Shown here: positions 1 through 12,783 of the stretch, piece by piece | Position numbering within the stretch: the stretch's first letter is position 1 | Layout of the letters: each line of letters opens with the position of its first letter | Source: Eledone cirrhosa | Taxonomy: Eukaryota | Direction of reading: 5' to 3' | Length of the DNA: 64,000 bases | NCBI GenBank assembly: GCA_964016885.1 | Contig: OZ024741.1 | Span: 249,612,001-249,676,000, forward strand | Program-made: the position numbers and the translations under genes | The notes under the pieces: model-generated | Database searches by the model: none | What the model saw: the letters and a program-made list of their open reading frames with translations, nothing else | Told to the model about the DNA's origin: nothing

Positions 1-1719
1 CTTCCAAGGGGAGATAATTTCCAGCCGTCCAAGGGGAGATAATTTCCCGCCAGCCAAGGAGAGATAACATTTAAAAAAATCAGGCGGAGATAATTTGTAA
101 AAAAAATCAGGGGGAGATAATTTGTAAAAAAATCAGGGGGAGATAATTTGTAAAAAAAATCAGGGGTAGATAATTTCCAGCCGTCCAAGGGGAGATAATT
201 TCCATCCTTCCAAGGGGAGATAATTTCCAGCCGTCCAAGGGGAGATAATTTCCCGCCAGCCAAGGAGAGATAATATTTAAAAAAATCAGGCGGAGATAAT
301 TTGTAAAAAAAATCAGGGGGAGATAATTTGTAAAAAAATCAGGGGGAGATAATTTGTAAAAAAAAATCAGGGGGAGATAATTTGTAAAAAAAATCAGGGG
401 GAGATAATTTGTAAAAAAAATCAGGGGTAGATAATTTGTAAAAAAAAATCAGGGGGAGATAATTTGTAAAAAAAAAATCAGGGGGAGATAATTTGTAAAA
501 AAATCAAGGGGAGATAATTTCCAGCCGTCCAAGGGGAGATAATTTTCAGCCGTCCAAGGAGAGGTAATTTCTAGCCGTCCAAGGGGAGATAATTTCCAGC
601 CGTCCAAGGGGAGATAATTTTTTTAAAAAAATCAGGCGGAGATAATTTGTAAACAAAAATCAGGGGAAGATAATTTGTAAAAAAAAATCAGGGGGAGATA
701 ATTTGTAAAAAAAAATCAGGGGGAGATAATTTGTAAAAAAAATCAAGGGGATATAATTTCCAGCCGTCCAAGGGGAGGTAATATCTAGCCATCCAAGGGG
801 AGATAATTTCCAGCCGTCCAAGGGGAGATATTTTCCAGCCGTCCAAGGAGAGGTAATTTCTAGCCGTCCAAGGGGAGATAAGTTCCTGCCTCCAAGGGGA
901 GATAATTTCCAGCCAGCCAAGGGGAGATAATTTGTAAAAAAATCAGGGGGAGATAATTTGTAAAAAAAAAATCAGGGGGAGATAATTTGTAAAAAAATCA
1001 GGGGGAGATAATTTGTAAAAAAAAAATCAGGGGGAGATAATTTGTAAAAAAAATCAGGGGGAGATAATTTGTAAAAAAAATCAGGGGTAGATAATTTGTA
1101 AAAAAAATCAGGGGGAGATAATTTGTAAAAAAATCAGGGGGAGATAATTTGTAAAAAAAATCAGGGGTAGATAATTTCCAGCCGTCCAAGGGGAGATAAT
1201 TTCCATCCTTCCAAGGGGAGATAATTTCCAGCCGTCCAAGGGGAGATAATTTCCCGCCAGCCAAGGAGAGATAATATTTAAAAAAATCAGGCGGAGATAA
1301 TTTGTAAAAAAAATCAGGGGGAGATAATTTGTAAAAAAATCAGGGGGAGATAATTTGTAAAAAAAAATCAGGGGAGATAATTTGTAAAAAAAATCAGGGG
1401 GAGATAATTTGTAAAAAAAAATCAGGGGTAGATAATTTGTAAAAAAAAATCAGGGGGAGATAATTTGTAAAAAAAAAATCAGGGGGAGATAATTCGTAAA
1501 AAAATCAAGGGGAGATAATTTCCAGCCGTCCAAGGGGAGATAATTTTCAGCCGTCCAAGGAGGTAATTTCTAGCCGTCCAAGGGGAGATAATTTCCAGCC
1601 GTCCAAGGGGAGATAATTTTTTTAAAAAAATCAGGCGGAGATAATTTGTAAACAAAAATCAGGGGGAGATAATTTGTAAAAAAAAATCAGGGGGAGATAA
1701 TTTGTAAAAAAAAATCAGG

Positions 1720-4700
1720 GGGAGATAATTTGTAAAAAAAATCAAGGGGAGATAATTTCCAGCCGTCCAAGGGGAGGTAATATCTAGCCATCCAAGGGGA
1801 GATAATTTCCAGCCGTCCAAGGGGAGATAATTTCCAGCCGTCCAAGGGGAGATAATATCCAGCCGTCCAAGGAGACATATTTTCCAGCCGTCCAAGGAGA
1901 GGAAATTTCTAGCCGTCCAAGGGGAGATAAGTTCCAGCCTCCAAGGGGAGATAATTTCCAGCCAGCCAAGGGGAGATAATTTGTAAAAAAATCAGGGGGA
2001 GATAATTTGTAAAAAAAAAATCAGGGGGAGATAATTTGTAAAAAAATCAGGGGGAGATAATTTGTAAAAAAAATCAGGGGGAGATAATTTGTAGAAAAAA
2101 TCAGGGGTAGATAATTTGTAAAAAAAATCAGGGGGAGATAATTTGTAAAAAAAATCAGGGGGAGATAATTTGTAAAAAAAATCAGGGGTAGATAATTTTC
2201 AGCCGTCCAAGGGGAGATAATTTCCATCCTTCCAAGGGGAGATAATTTCCAGCCGTCCAAGGGGAGATAATTTCCCGCCAGCCAAGGAGAGATAACATTT
2301 AAAAAAATCAGGCGGAGATAATTTGTAAAAAAAATCAGGGGGAGATAATTTGTAAAAAAATCAGGGGGAGATAATTTGTAAAAAAAATCAGGGGTAGATA
2401 ATTTCCAGCCGTCCAAGGGGAGATAATTTCCATCCTTCCAAGGGGAGATAATTTCCAGCCGTCCAAGGGGAGATAATTTCCCGCCAGCCAAGGAGAGATA
2501 ATATTTAAAAAAATCAGGCGGAGATAATTTGTAAAAAAAATCAGGGGGAGATAATTTGTAAAAAAATCAGGGGGAGATAATTTGTAAAAAAAAATCAGGG
2601 GGAGATAATTTGTAAAAAAAATCAGGGGGAGATAATTTGTAAAAAAAATCAGGGGTAGATAATTTGTAAAAAAAAATCAGGGGGAGATAATTTGTAAAAA
2701 AAAAATCAGGGGGAGATAATTTGTAAAAAAATCAAGGGGAGATAATTTCCAGCCGTCCAAGGGGAGATAATTTTCAGCCGTCCAAGGAGAGGTAATTTCT
2801 AGCCGTCCAAGGGGAGATAATTTCCAGCCGTCCAAGGGGAGATAATTTTTTTAAAAAAATCAGGCGGAGATAATTTGTAAACAAAAATCAGGGGAAGATA
2901 ATTTGTAAAAAAAAATCAGGGGGAGATAATTTGTAAAAAAAAATCAGGGGGAGATAATTTGTAAAAAAAATCAAGGGGATATAATTTCCAGCCGTCCAAG
3001 GGGAGGTAATATCTAGCCATCCAAGGGGAGATAATTTCCAGCCGTCCAAGGGGAGATATTTTCCAGCCGTCCAAGGAGAGGTAATTTCTAGCCGTCCAAG
3101 GGGAGATAAGTTCCTGCCTCCAAGGGGAGATAATTTCCAGCCAGCCAAGGGGAGATAATTTGTAAAAAAATCAGGGGGAGATAATTTGTAAAAAAAAAAT
3201 CAGGGGGAGATAATTTGTAAAAAAATCAGGGGGAGATAATTTGTAAAAAAAAAATCAGGGGGAGATAATTTGTAAAAAAAATCAGGGGGAGATAATTTGT
3301 AAAAAAAATCAGGGGTAGATAATTTGTAAAAAAAATCAGGGGGAGATAATTTGTAAAAAAAGTCAGGGGGAGATAATTTGTAAAAAAAATCAGGGGTAGA
3401 TAATTTTCAGCCCTCCAAGGGGAGATAATTTCCATCCTTCCAAGGGGAGATAATTTCCAGCCGTCCAAGGGGAGATAATTTCCCGCCAGCCAAGGAGAGA
3501 TAACATTTAAAAAAATCAGGCGGAGATAATTTGTAAAAAAAATCAGGGGGAGATAATTTGTAAAAAAATTAGGGGGAGATAATTTGTAAAAAAAATCAGG
3601 GGTAGATAATTTCCAGCCGTCCAAGGGGAGATAATTTCCATCCTTCCAAGGGGAGATAATTTCCAGCCGTCCAAGGGGAGATAATTTCCCGCCAGCCAAG
3701 GAGAGATAATATTTAAAAAAATCAGGCGGAGATAATTTGTAAAAAAAATCAGGGGGAGATAATTTGTAAAAAAATCAGGGGGAGATAATTTGTAAAAAAA
3801 AATCAGGGGGAGATAATTTGTAAAAAAAATCAGGGGGAGATAATTTGTAAAAAAAAATCAGGGGTAGATAATTTGTAAAAAAAAATCAGGGGGAGATAAT
3901 TTGTAAAAAAAAATCAGGGGGAGATAATTTGTAAAAAAATCAAGGGGAGATAATTTCCAGCCGTCCAAGGGGAGATAATTTTCAGCCGTCCAAGGAGAGG
4001 TAATTTCTAGCCGTCCAAGGGGAGAGAATTTCCAGCCGTCCAAGGGGAGATAATTTTTTTAAAAAAATCAGGCGGAGATAATTTGTAAACAAAAATCAGG
4101 GGGAGATAATTTGTAAAAAAAAATCAGGGGGAGATAATTTGTAAAAAAAAATCAGGGGGAGATAATTTGTAAAAAAAATCAAGGGGAGATAATTTCCAGC
4201 CGTCCAAGGGGAGGTAATATCTAGCCATCCAAGGGGAGATAATTTCCAGCCGTCCAAGGGGAGATAATTTCCAGCCGTCCAAGGGGAGATAATTTCCATC
4301 CTTCCAAGGGGAGATAATTTCCAGCCGTCCAAGGGGAGATAATTTCCCGCCAGCCAAGGAGAGATAACATTTAAAAAAATCAGGCGGAGATAATTTGTAA
4401 AAAAAATCAGGGGGAGATAATTTGTAAAAAAAAATCAGGGGTAGATAATTTGTAAAAAAAAATCAGGGGGAGATAATTTGTAAAAAAAATCAGGGGGAGA
4501 TAATTTGTAAAAAAAATCAAGGGGAGATAATTTGTAAAAAAAAATCAGGGGTAGATAATTTGTAAAAAAAAATCAGGGGGAGATAATTTGTAAAAAAAAA
4601 ATCAGGGGGAGATAATTTGTAAAAAAATCAAGGGGAGATAATTTCCAGCCGTCCAAGGGGAGATAATTTTCAGCCGTCCAAGGAGAGGTAATTTCTAGCC

Positions 4701-7700
4701 GTCCAAGGGGAGATAATTTCCATCCAGCCAAGGGGAGATAATTTGTAAAAAAATCAGGGGTAGATAATTTGTAAAAAAAAATCAGGGGGAGATAATTTGT
4801 AAAAAAAATCAGGGGGAGATAATTTGTAAAAAAAATCAGGGGTAGATAATTTCCAGCCGTCCAAGGGGAGATAATTTCCATCCTTCCAAGGGGAGATAAT
4901 TTCCAGCCGTCCAAGGGGAGATAATTTCCCGCCAGCCAAGGAGAGATAACATTTAAAAAAATCAGGCGGAGATAATTTGTAAAAAAAATCAGGGGGAGAT
5001 AATTTGTAAAAAAATCAGGGGGAGATAATTTGTAAAAAAAATCAGGGGTAGATAATTTCCAGCCGTCCAAGGGGAGATAATTTCCATCCTTCCAAGGGGA
5101 GATAATTTCCAGCCGTCCAAGGGGAGATAATTTCCCGCCAGCCAAGGAGAGATAATATTTAAAAAAATCAGGCGGAGATAATTTGTAAAAAAAATCAGGG
5201 GGAGATAATTTGTAAAAAAATCAGGGGGAGATAATTTGTAAAAAAAAATCAGGGGAGATAATTTGTAAAAAAAATCAGGGGGTGATAATTTGTAAAAAAA
5301 ATCAGGGGTAGATAATTTGTAAAAAAAAATCAGGGGGAGATAATTTGTAAAAAAAAAATCAGGGGGAGATAATTTGTAAAAAAATCAAGGGGAGATAATT
5401 TCCAACCGTCCAAGGGGAGATAATTTTCAGCCGTCCAAGGAGGTAATTTCTAGCCGTCCAAGGGGAGATAATTTCCAGCCGTCCAAGGGGAGATAATTTT
5501 TTTAAAAAAATCAGGCGGAGATAATTTGTAAACAAAAATCAGGGGGAGATAATTTGTAAAAAAAAATCAGGGGGAGATAATTTGTAAAAAAAATCGAGGG
5601 GAGATAATTTCCAGCCGTCCAAGGGGAGGTAATATCTAGCCATCCAAAGGGAGATAATTTCCAGCCGTCCAAGGGGAGATAATTTCCAGCCGTCCAAGGG
5701 GAGATAATATCCAGCCGTCCAAGGAGACATATTTTCCAGCCGTCCAAGGAGAGGTAATTTCTAGCCGTCCAAGGGGAGATAAGTTCCAGCCTCCAAGGGG
5801 AGATAATTTCCAGCCAGCCAAGGGGAGATAATTTGTAAAAAAATCAGGGGGAGATAATTTGTAAAAAAAAAATCAGGGGGAGATAATTTGTAAAAAAATC
5901 AGGGGGAGATAATTTGTAAAAAAAAAATCAGGGGGAGATAATTTGTAAAAAAAATCAGGGGGAGATAATTTGTAGAAAAAATCAGGGGTAGATAATTTGT
6001 AAAAAAAATCAGGGGGAGATAATTTGTAAAAAAAATCAGGGGGAGATAATTTGTAAAAGAAATCAGGGGTAGATAATTTTCAGTCGTCCAAGGGGAGATA
6101 ATTTCCATCCTTCCAAGGGGAGATAATTTCCAGCCGTCCAAGGGGAGATAATTTCCCGCCAGCCAAGGAGAGATAACATTTAAAAAAATCAGGCGGAGAT
6201 AATTTGTAAAAAAAATCAGGGGGAGATAATTTGTAAAAAAATCAGGGGGAGATAATTTGTAAAAAAAATCAGGGGTAGATAATTTCCAGCCGTCCAAGGG
6301 GAGATAATTTCCATCCTTCCAAGGGGAGATAATTTCCAGCCGTCCAAGGGGAGATAATTTCCCGCCAGCCAAGGAGAGATAATATTTAAAAAAATCAGGC
6401 GGAGATAATTTGTAAAAAAAATCAGGGGGAGATAATTTGTAAAAAAATCAGGGGGAGATAATTTGTAAAAAAAAATCAGGGGGAGATAATTTGTAAAAAA
6501 AATCAGGGGGAGATAATTTGTAAAAAAAATCAGGGGTAGATAATTTGTAAAAAAAAATCAGGGGGAGATAATTTGTAAAAAAAAAATCAGGGGGAGATAA
6601 TTTGTAAAAAAATCAAGGGGAGATAATTTCCAGCCGTCCAAAGGGAGATAATTTTCAGCCGTCCAAGGAGGTAATTTCTAGCCGTCCAAGGGGAGATAAT
6701 TTCCAGCCGTCCAAGGGGAGATAATTTTTTTAAAAAAATCAGGCGGAGATAATTTGTAAACAAAAATCAGGGGGAGATAATTTGTAAAAAAAAATCAAGG
6801 GGAGATAATTTCCAGCCGTCCAAGGGGAGGTAATATCTAGCCATCCAAGGGGAGATAATTTCCAGCCGTCCAAGGGGAGATAATTTCCAGCCGTCCAAGG
6901 GGAGATAATATCCAGCCGTCCAAGGAGACATATTTTCCAGCCGTCCAAGGAGAGGAAATTTCTAGCCGTCCAAGGGGAGATAAGTTCCAGCCTCCAAGGG
7001 GAGATAATTTCCAGCCAGCCAAGGGGAGATAATTTGTAAAAAAATCAGGGGGAGATAATTTGTAAAAAAAAAATCAGGGGGAGATAATTTGTAAAAAAAT
7101 CAGGGGGAGATAATTTGTAAAAAAAATCAGGGGGAGATAATTTGTAGAAAAAATCAGGGGTAGATAATTTGTAAAAAAAATCAGGGGGAGATAATTTGTA
7201 AAAAAAATCAGGGGGAGATAATTTGTAAAAAAAATCAGGGGTAGATAATTTTCAGCCGTCCAAGGGGAGATAATTTCCATCCTTCCAAGGGGAGATAATT
7301 TCCAGCCGTCCAAGGGGAGATAATTTCCCGCCAGCCAAGGAGAGATAACATTTAAAAAAATCAGGCGGAGATAATTTGTAAAAAAAATCAGGGGGAGATA
7401 ATTTGTAAAAAAATCAGGGGGAGATAATTTGTAAAAAAAATCAGGGGTAGATAATTTCCAGCCGTCCAAGGGGAGATAATTTCCATCCTTCCAAGGGGAG
7501 ATAATTTCCAGCCGTCCAAGGGGAGATAATTTCCCGCCAGCCAAGGAGAGATAATATTTAAAAAAATCAGGCGGAGATAATTTGTAAAAAAAATCAGGGG
7601 GAGATAATTTGTAAAAAAATCAGGGGGAGATAATTTGTAAAAAAAAATCAGGGGGAGATAATTTGTAAAAAAAATCAGGGGGAGATAATTTGTAAAAAAA

Positions 7701-10700
7701 ATCAGGGGTAGATAATTTGTAAAAAAAAATCAGGGGGAGATAATTTGTAAAAAAAAAATCAGGGGGAGATAATTTGTAAAAAAATCAAGGGGAGATAATT
7801 TCCAGCCGTCCAAGGGGAGATAATTTTCAGCCGTCCAAGGAGAGGTAATTTCTAGCCGTCCAAGGGGAGATAATTTCCAGCCGTCCAAGGGGAGATAATT
7901 TTTTTAAAAAAATCAGGCGGAGATAATTTGTAAACAAAAATCAGGGGAAGATAATTTGTAAAAAAAAATCAGGGGGAGATAATTTGTAAAAAAAAATCAG
8001 GGGGAGATAATTTGTAAAAAAAATCAAGGGGATATAATTTCCAGCCGTCCAAGGGGAGGTAATATCTAGCCATCCAAGGGGAGATAATTTCCAGCCGTCC
8101 AAGGGGAGATATTTTCCAGCCGTCCAAGGAGAGGTAATTTCTAGCCGTCCAAGGGGAGATAAGTTCCTGCCTCCAAGGGGAGATAATTTCCAGCCAGCCA
8201 AGGGGAGATAATTTGTAAAAAAATCAGGGGGAGATAATTTGTAAAAAAAAAATCAGGGGGAGATAATTTGTAAAAAAATCAGGGGGAGATAATTTGTAAA
8301 AAAAAAATCAGGGGGAGATAATTTGTAAAAAAAATCAGGGGGAGATAATTTGTAAAAAAAATCAGGGGTAGATAATTTGTAAAAAAAATCAGGGGGAGAT
8401 AATTTGTAAAAAAAATCAGGGGGAGATAATTTGTAAAAAAAATCAGGGGTAGATAATTTTCAGCCCTCCAAGGGGAGATAATTTCCATCCTTCCAAGGGG
8501 AGATAATTTCCAGCCGTCCAAGGGGAGATAATTTCCCGCCAGCCAAGGAGAGATAACATTTAAAAAAATCAGGCGGAGATAATTTGTAAAAAAAATCAGG
8601 GGGAGATAATTTGTAAAAAAATTAGGGGGAGATAATTTGTAAAAAAAATCAGGGGTAGATAATTTCCAGCCGTCCAAGGGGAGATAATTTCCATCCTTCC
8701 AAGGGGAGATAATTTCCAGCCGTCCAAGGGGAGATAATTTCCCGCCAGCCAAGGAGAGATAATATTTAAAAAAATCAGGCGGAGATAATTTGTAAAAAAA
8801 ATCAGGGGGAGATAATTTGTAAAAAAATCAGGGGGAGATAATTTGTAAAAAAAAATCAGGGGGAGATAATTTGTAAAAAAAATCAGGGGGAGATAATTTG
8901 TAAAAAAAAATCAGGGGTAGATAATTTGTAAAAAAAAATCAGGGGGAGATAATTTGTAAAAAAAAATCAGGGGGAGATAATTTGTAAAAAAATCAAGGGG
9001 AGATAATTTCCAGCCGTCCAAGGGGAGATAATTTTCAGCCGTCCAAGGAGAGGTAATTTCTAGCCGTCCAAGGGGAGAGAATTTCCAGCCGTCCAAGGGG
9101 AGATAATTTTTTTAAAAAAATCAGGCGGAGATAATTTGTAAACAAAAATCAGGGGGAGATAATTTGTAAAAAAAAATCAGGGGGAGATAATTTGTAAAAA
9201 AAAATCAGGGGGAGATAATTTGTAAAAAAAATCAAGGGGAGATAATTTCCAGCCGTCCAAGGGGAGGTAATATCTAGCCATCCAAGGGGAGATAATTTCC
9301 AGCCGTCCAAGGGGAGATAATTTCCAGCCGTCCAAGGGGAGATAATTTCCATCCTTCCAAGGGGAGATAATTTCCAGCCGTCCAAGGGGAGATAATTTCC
9401 CGCCAGCCAAGGAGAGATAACATTTAAAAAAATCAGGCGGAGATAATTTGTAAAAAAAATCAGGGGGAGATAATTTGTAAAAAAAAATCAGGGGTAGATA
9501 ATTTGTAAAAAAAAATCAGGGGGAGATAATTTGTAAAAAAAATCAGGGGGAGATAATTTGTAAAAAAAATCAAGGGGAGATAATTTGTAAAAAAAAATCA
9601 GGGGTAGATAATTTGTAAAAAAAAATCAGGGGGAGATAATTTGTAAAAAAAAAATCAGGGGGAGATAATTTGTAAAAAAATCAAGGGGAGATAATTTCCA
9701 GCCGTCCAAGGGGAGATAATTTTCAGCCGTCCAAGGAGAGGTAATTTCTAGCCGTCCAAGGGGAGATAATTTCCATCCAGCCAAGGGGAGATAATTTGTA
9801 AAAAAATCAGGGGTAGATAATTTGTAAAAAAAAATCAGGGGGAGATAATTTGTAAAAAAAATCAGGGGGAGATAATTTGTAAAAAAAATCAGGGGTAGAT
9901 AATTTCCAGCCGTCCAAGGGGAGATAATTTCCATCCTTCCAAGGGGAGATAATTTCCAGCCGTCCAAGGGGAGATAATTTCCCGCCAGCCAAGGACTGAT
10001 AACATTTAAAAAAATCAGGCGGAGATAATTTGTAAAAAAAATCAGGGGGAGATAATTTGTAAAAAAATCAGGGGGAGATAATTTGTAAAAAAAATCAGGG
10101 GTAGATAATTTCCAGCCGTCCAAGGGGAGATAATTTCCATCCTTCCAAGGGGAGATAATTTCCAGCCGTCCAAGGGGAGATAATTTCCCGCCAGCCAAGG
10201 AGAGATAATATTTAAAAAAATCAGGCGGAGATAATTTGTAAAAAAAATCAGGGGGAGATAATTTGTAAAAAAATCAGGGGGAGATAATTTGTAAAAAAAA
10301 ATCAGGGGAGATAATTTGTAAAAAAAATCAGGGGGTGATAATTTGTAAAAAAAATCAGGGGTAGATAATTTGTAAAAAAAAATCAGGGGGAGATAATTTG
10401 TAAAAAAAAAATCAGGGGGAGATAATTTGTAAAAAAATCAAGGGGAGATAATTTCCAACCGTCCAAGGGGAGATAATTTTCAGCCGTCCAAGGAGGTAAT
10501 TTCTAGCCGTCCAAGGGGAGATAATTTCCAGCCGTCCAAGGGGAGATAATTTTTTTAAAAAAATCAGGCGGAGATAATTTGTAAACAAAAATCAGGGGGA
10601 GATAATTTGTAAAAAAAAATCAGGGGGAGATAATTTGTAAAAAAAATCGAGGGGAGATAATTTCCAGCCGTCCAAGGGGAGGTAATATCTAGCCATCCAA

Positions 10701-11825
10701 AGGGAGATAATTTCCAGCCGTCCAAGGGGAGATAATTTCCAGCCGTCCAAGGGGAGATAATATCCAGCCGTCCAAGGAGACATATTTTCCAGCCGTCCAA
10801 GGAGAGGTAATTTCTAGCCGTCCAAGGGGAGATAAGTTCCAGCCTCCAAGGGGAGATAATTTCCAGCCAGCCAAGGGGAGATAATTTGTAAAAAAATCAG
10901 GGGGAGATAATTTGTAAAAAAAAAATCAGGGGGAGATAATTTGTAAAAAAATCAGGGGGAGATAATTTGTAAAAAAAAAATCAGGGGGAGATAATTTGTA
11001 AAAAAAATCAGGGGGAGATAATTTGTAGAAAAAATCAGGGGTAGATAATTTGTAAAAAAAATCAGGGGGAGATAATTTGTAAAAAAAATCAGGGGGAGAT
11101 AATTTGTAAAAGAAATCAGGGGTAGATAATTTTCAGTCGTCCAAGGGGAGATAATTTCCATCCTTCCAAGGGGAGATAATTTCCAGCCGTCCAAGGGGAG
11201 ATAATTTCCCGCCAGCCAAGGAGAGATAACATTTAAAAAAATCAGGCGGAGATAATTTGTAAAAAAAATCAGGGGGAGATAATTTGTAAAAAAATCAGGG
11301 GGAGATAATTTGTAAAAAAAATCAGGGGTAGATAATTTCCAGCCGTCCAAGGGGAGATAATTTCCATCCTTCCAAGGGGAGATAATTTCCAGCCGTCCAA
11401 GGGGAGATAATTTCCCGCCAGCCAAGGAGAGATAATATTTAAAAAAATCAGGCGGAGATAATTTGTAAAAAAAATCAGGGGGAGATAATTTGTAAAAAAA
11501 TCAGGGGGAGATAATTTGTAAAAAAAAATCAGGGGGAGATAATTTGTAAAAAAAATCAGGGGGAGATAATTTGTAAAAAAAATCAGGGGTAGATAATTTG
11601 TAAAAAAAAATCAGGGGGAGATAATTTGTAAAAAAAAAATCAGGGGGAGATAATTTGTAAAAAAATCAAGGGGAGATAATTTCCAGCCGTCCAAAGGGAG
11701 ATAATTTTCAGCCGTCCAAGGAGGTAATTTCTAGCCGTCCAAGGGGAGATAATTTCCAGCCGTCCAAGGGGAGATAATTTTTTTAAAAAAATCAGGCGGA
11801 GATAATTTGTAAACAAAAATCAGGG
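1720..11825. repeat. Tandem duplication, period 5053 bp (two copies)
   Basis: Constant offset: 2021->7074, 2888->7941, 3226->8279, 4573->9626, 5899->10952. Shared rare variants: GAGGAAATTTCT (1903/6956) and CCAAAGGG (6641/11694). Confidence 0.92.
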
Positions 11826-11903
11826 GGAGATAATTTGTAAAAAAAAATCAGGGGGAGATAATTTGTAAAAAAAAATCAGGGGGAGATAATTTGTAAAAAA
11901 AAT

Positions 11904-12127
11904 CAAGGGGAGATAATTTCCAGCCGTCCAAGGGGAGGTAATATCTAGCCATCCAAGGGGAGATAATTTCCAGCCGTCCAAGGGGAGATAATTTCCAGCC
12001 GTCCAAGGGGAGATAATATCCAGCCGTCCAAGGAGACATATTTTCCAGCCGTCCAAGGAGAGGTAATTTCTAGCCGTCCAAGGGGAGATAAGTTCCAGCC
12101 TCCAAGGGGAGATAATTTCCAGCCAGC
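11904..12127. repeat. Module R: ordered run of 9 variant type-A monomers (representative copy)
   Basis: Fixed order: consensus, GAGGTAATATCTAGCCATCC, consensus x2, ATAATATCC, GGAGACATATTTTCC, GGAGAGGTAATTTCTAG, ATAAGTTCCAGCCTCC (24 bp), CCAGCCAGCC. The same order recurs dozens of times. Confidence 0.92.
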
Positions 12128-12371
12128 CAAGGGGAGATAATTTGTAAAAAAATCAGGGGGAGATAATTTGTAAAAAAAAAATCAGGGGGAGATAATTTGT
12201 AAAAAAATCAGGGGGAGATAATTTGTAAAAAAAAATCAGGGGGAGATAATTTGTAAAAAAAATCAGGGGGAGATAATTTGTAAAAAAAATCAGGGGTAGA
12301 TAATTTGTAAAAAAAATCAGGGGGAGATAATTTGTAAAAAAAATCAGGGGGAGATAATTTGTAAAAAAAAT

Positions 12372-12783
12372 CAGGGGTAGATAATTTTCAGCCGTCCAAG
12401 GGGAGATAATTTCCATCCTTCCAAGGGGAGATAATTTCCAGCCGTCCAAGGGGAGATAATTTCCCGCCAGCCAAGGAGAGATAACATTTAAAAAAATCAG
12501 GCGGAGATAATTTGTAAAAAAAATCAGGGGGAGATAATTTGTAAAAAAATCAGGGGGAGATAATTTGTAAAAAAAATCAGGGGTAGATAATTTCCAGCCG
12601 TCCAAGGGGAGATAATTTCCATCCTTCCAAGGGGAGATAATTTCCAGCCGTCCAAGGGGAGATAATTTCCCGCCAGCCAAGGAGAGATAATATTTAAAAA
12701 AATCAGGCGGAGATAATTTGTAAAAAAAATCAGGGGGAGATAATTTGTAAAAAAATCAGGGGGAGATAATTTGTAAAAAAAAA
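12372..12783. repeat. Module P/P' pair: 206-bp unit (4 A + 4 B monomers) duplicated in tandem inside the basic HOR
   Basis: CAGGGGTAGATAATT..CCATCCTTCC..CCCGCCAGCCAAGGAGAGATAA(C/T)ATTTAAAAAAATCAGGCGG occurs twice, 206 bp apart (also 4939 vs 5145). The first copy carries ATAACATTT and the second ATAATATTT. Confidence 0.9.

Noticed and set aside
615-632. T-tract/A-tract palindrome (ATTTTTTTAAAAAAAT) after module Q as a terminator or hairpin
   Set aside because: It is an AT-only stem with no loop, no GC stem and no upstream gene. It is explained as a G-to-T variant of the B monomer.
4573-5145. Phase-variable or frameshifted repetitive protein controlled by poly-T length on the minus strand
   Set aside because: No frame stays open beyond 190 codons, there is no bias toward frame-preserving units in A-runs, and no promoter or unique terminus is present in the window.
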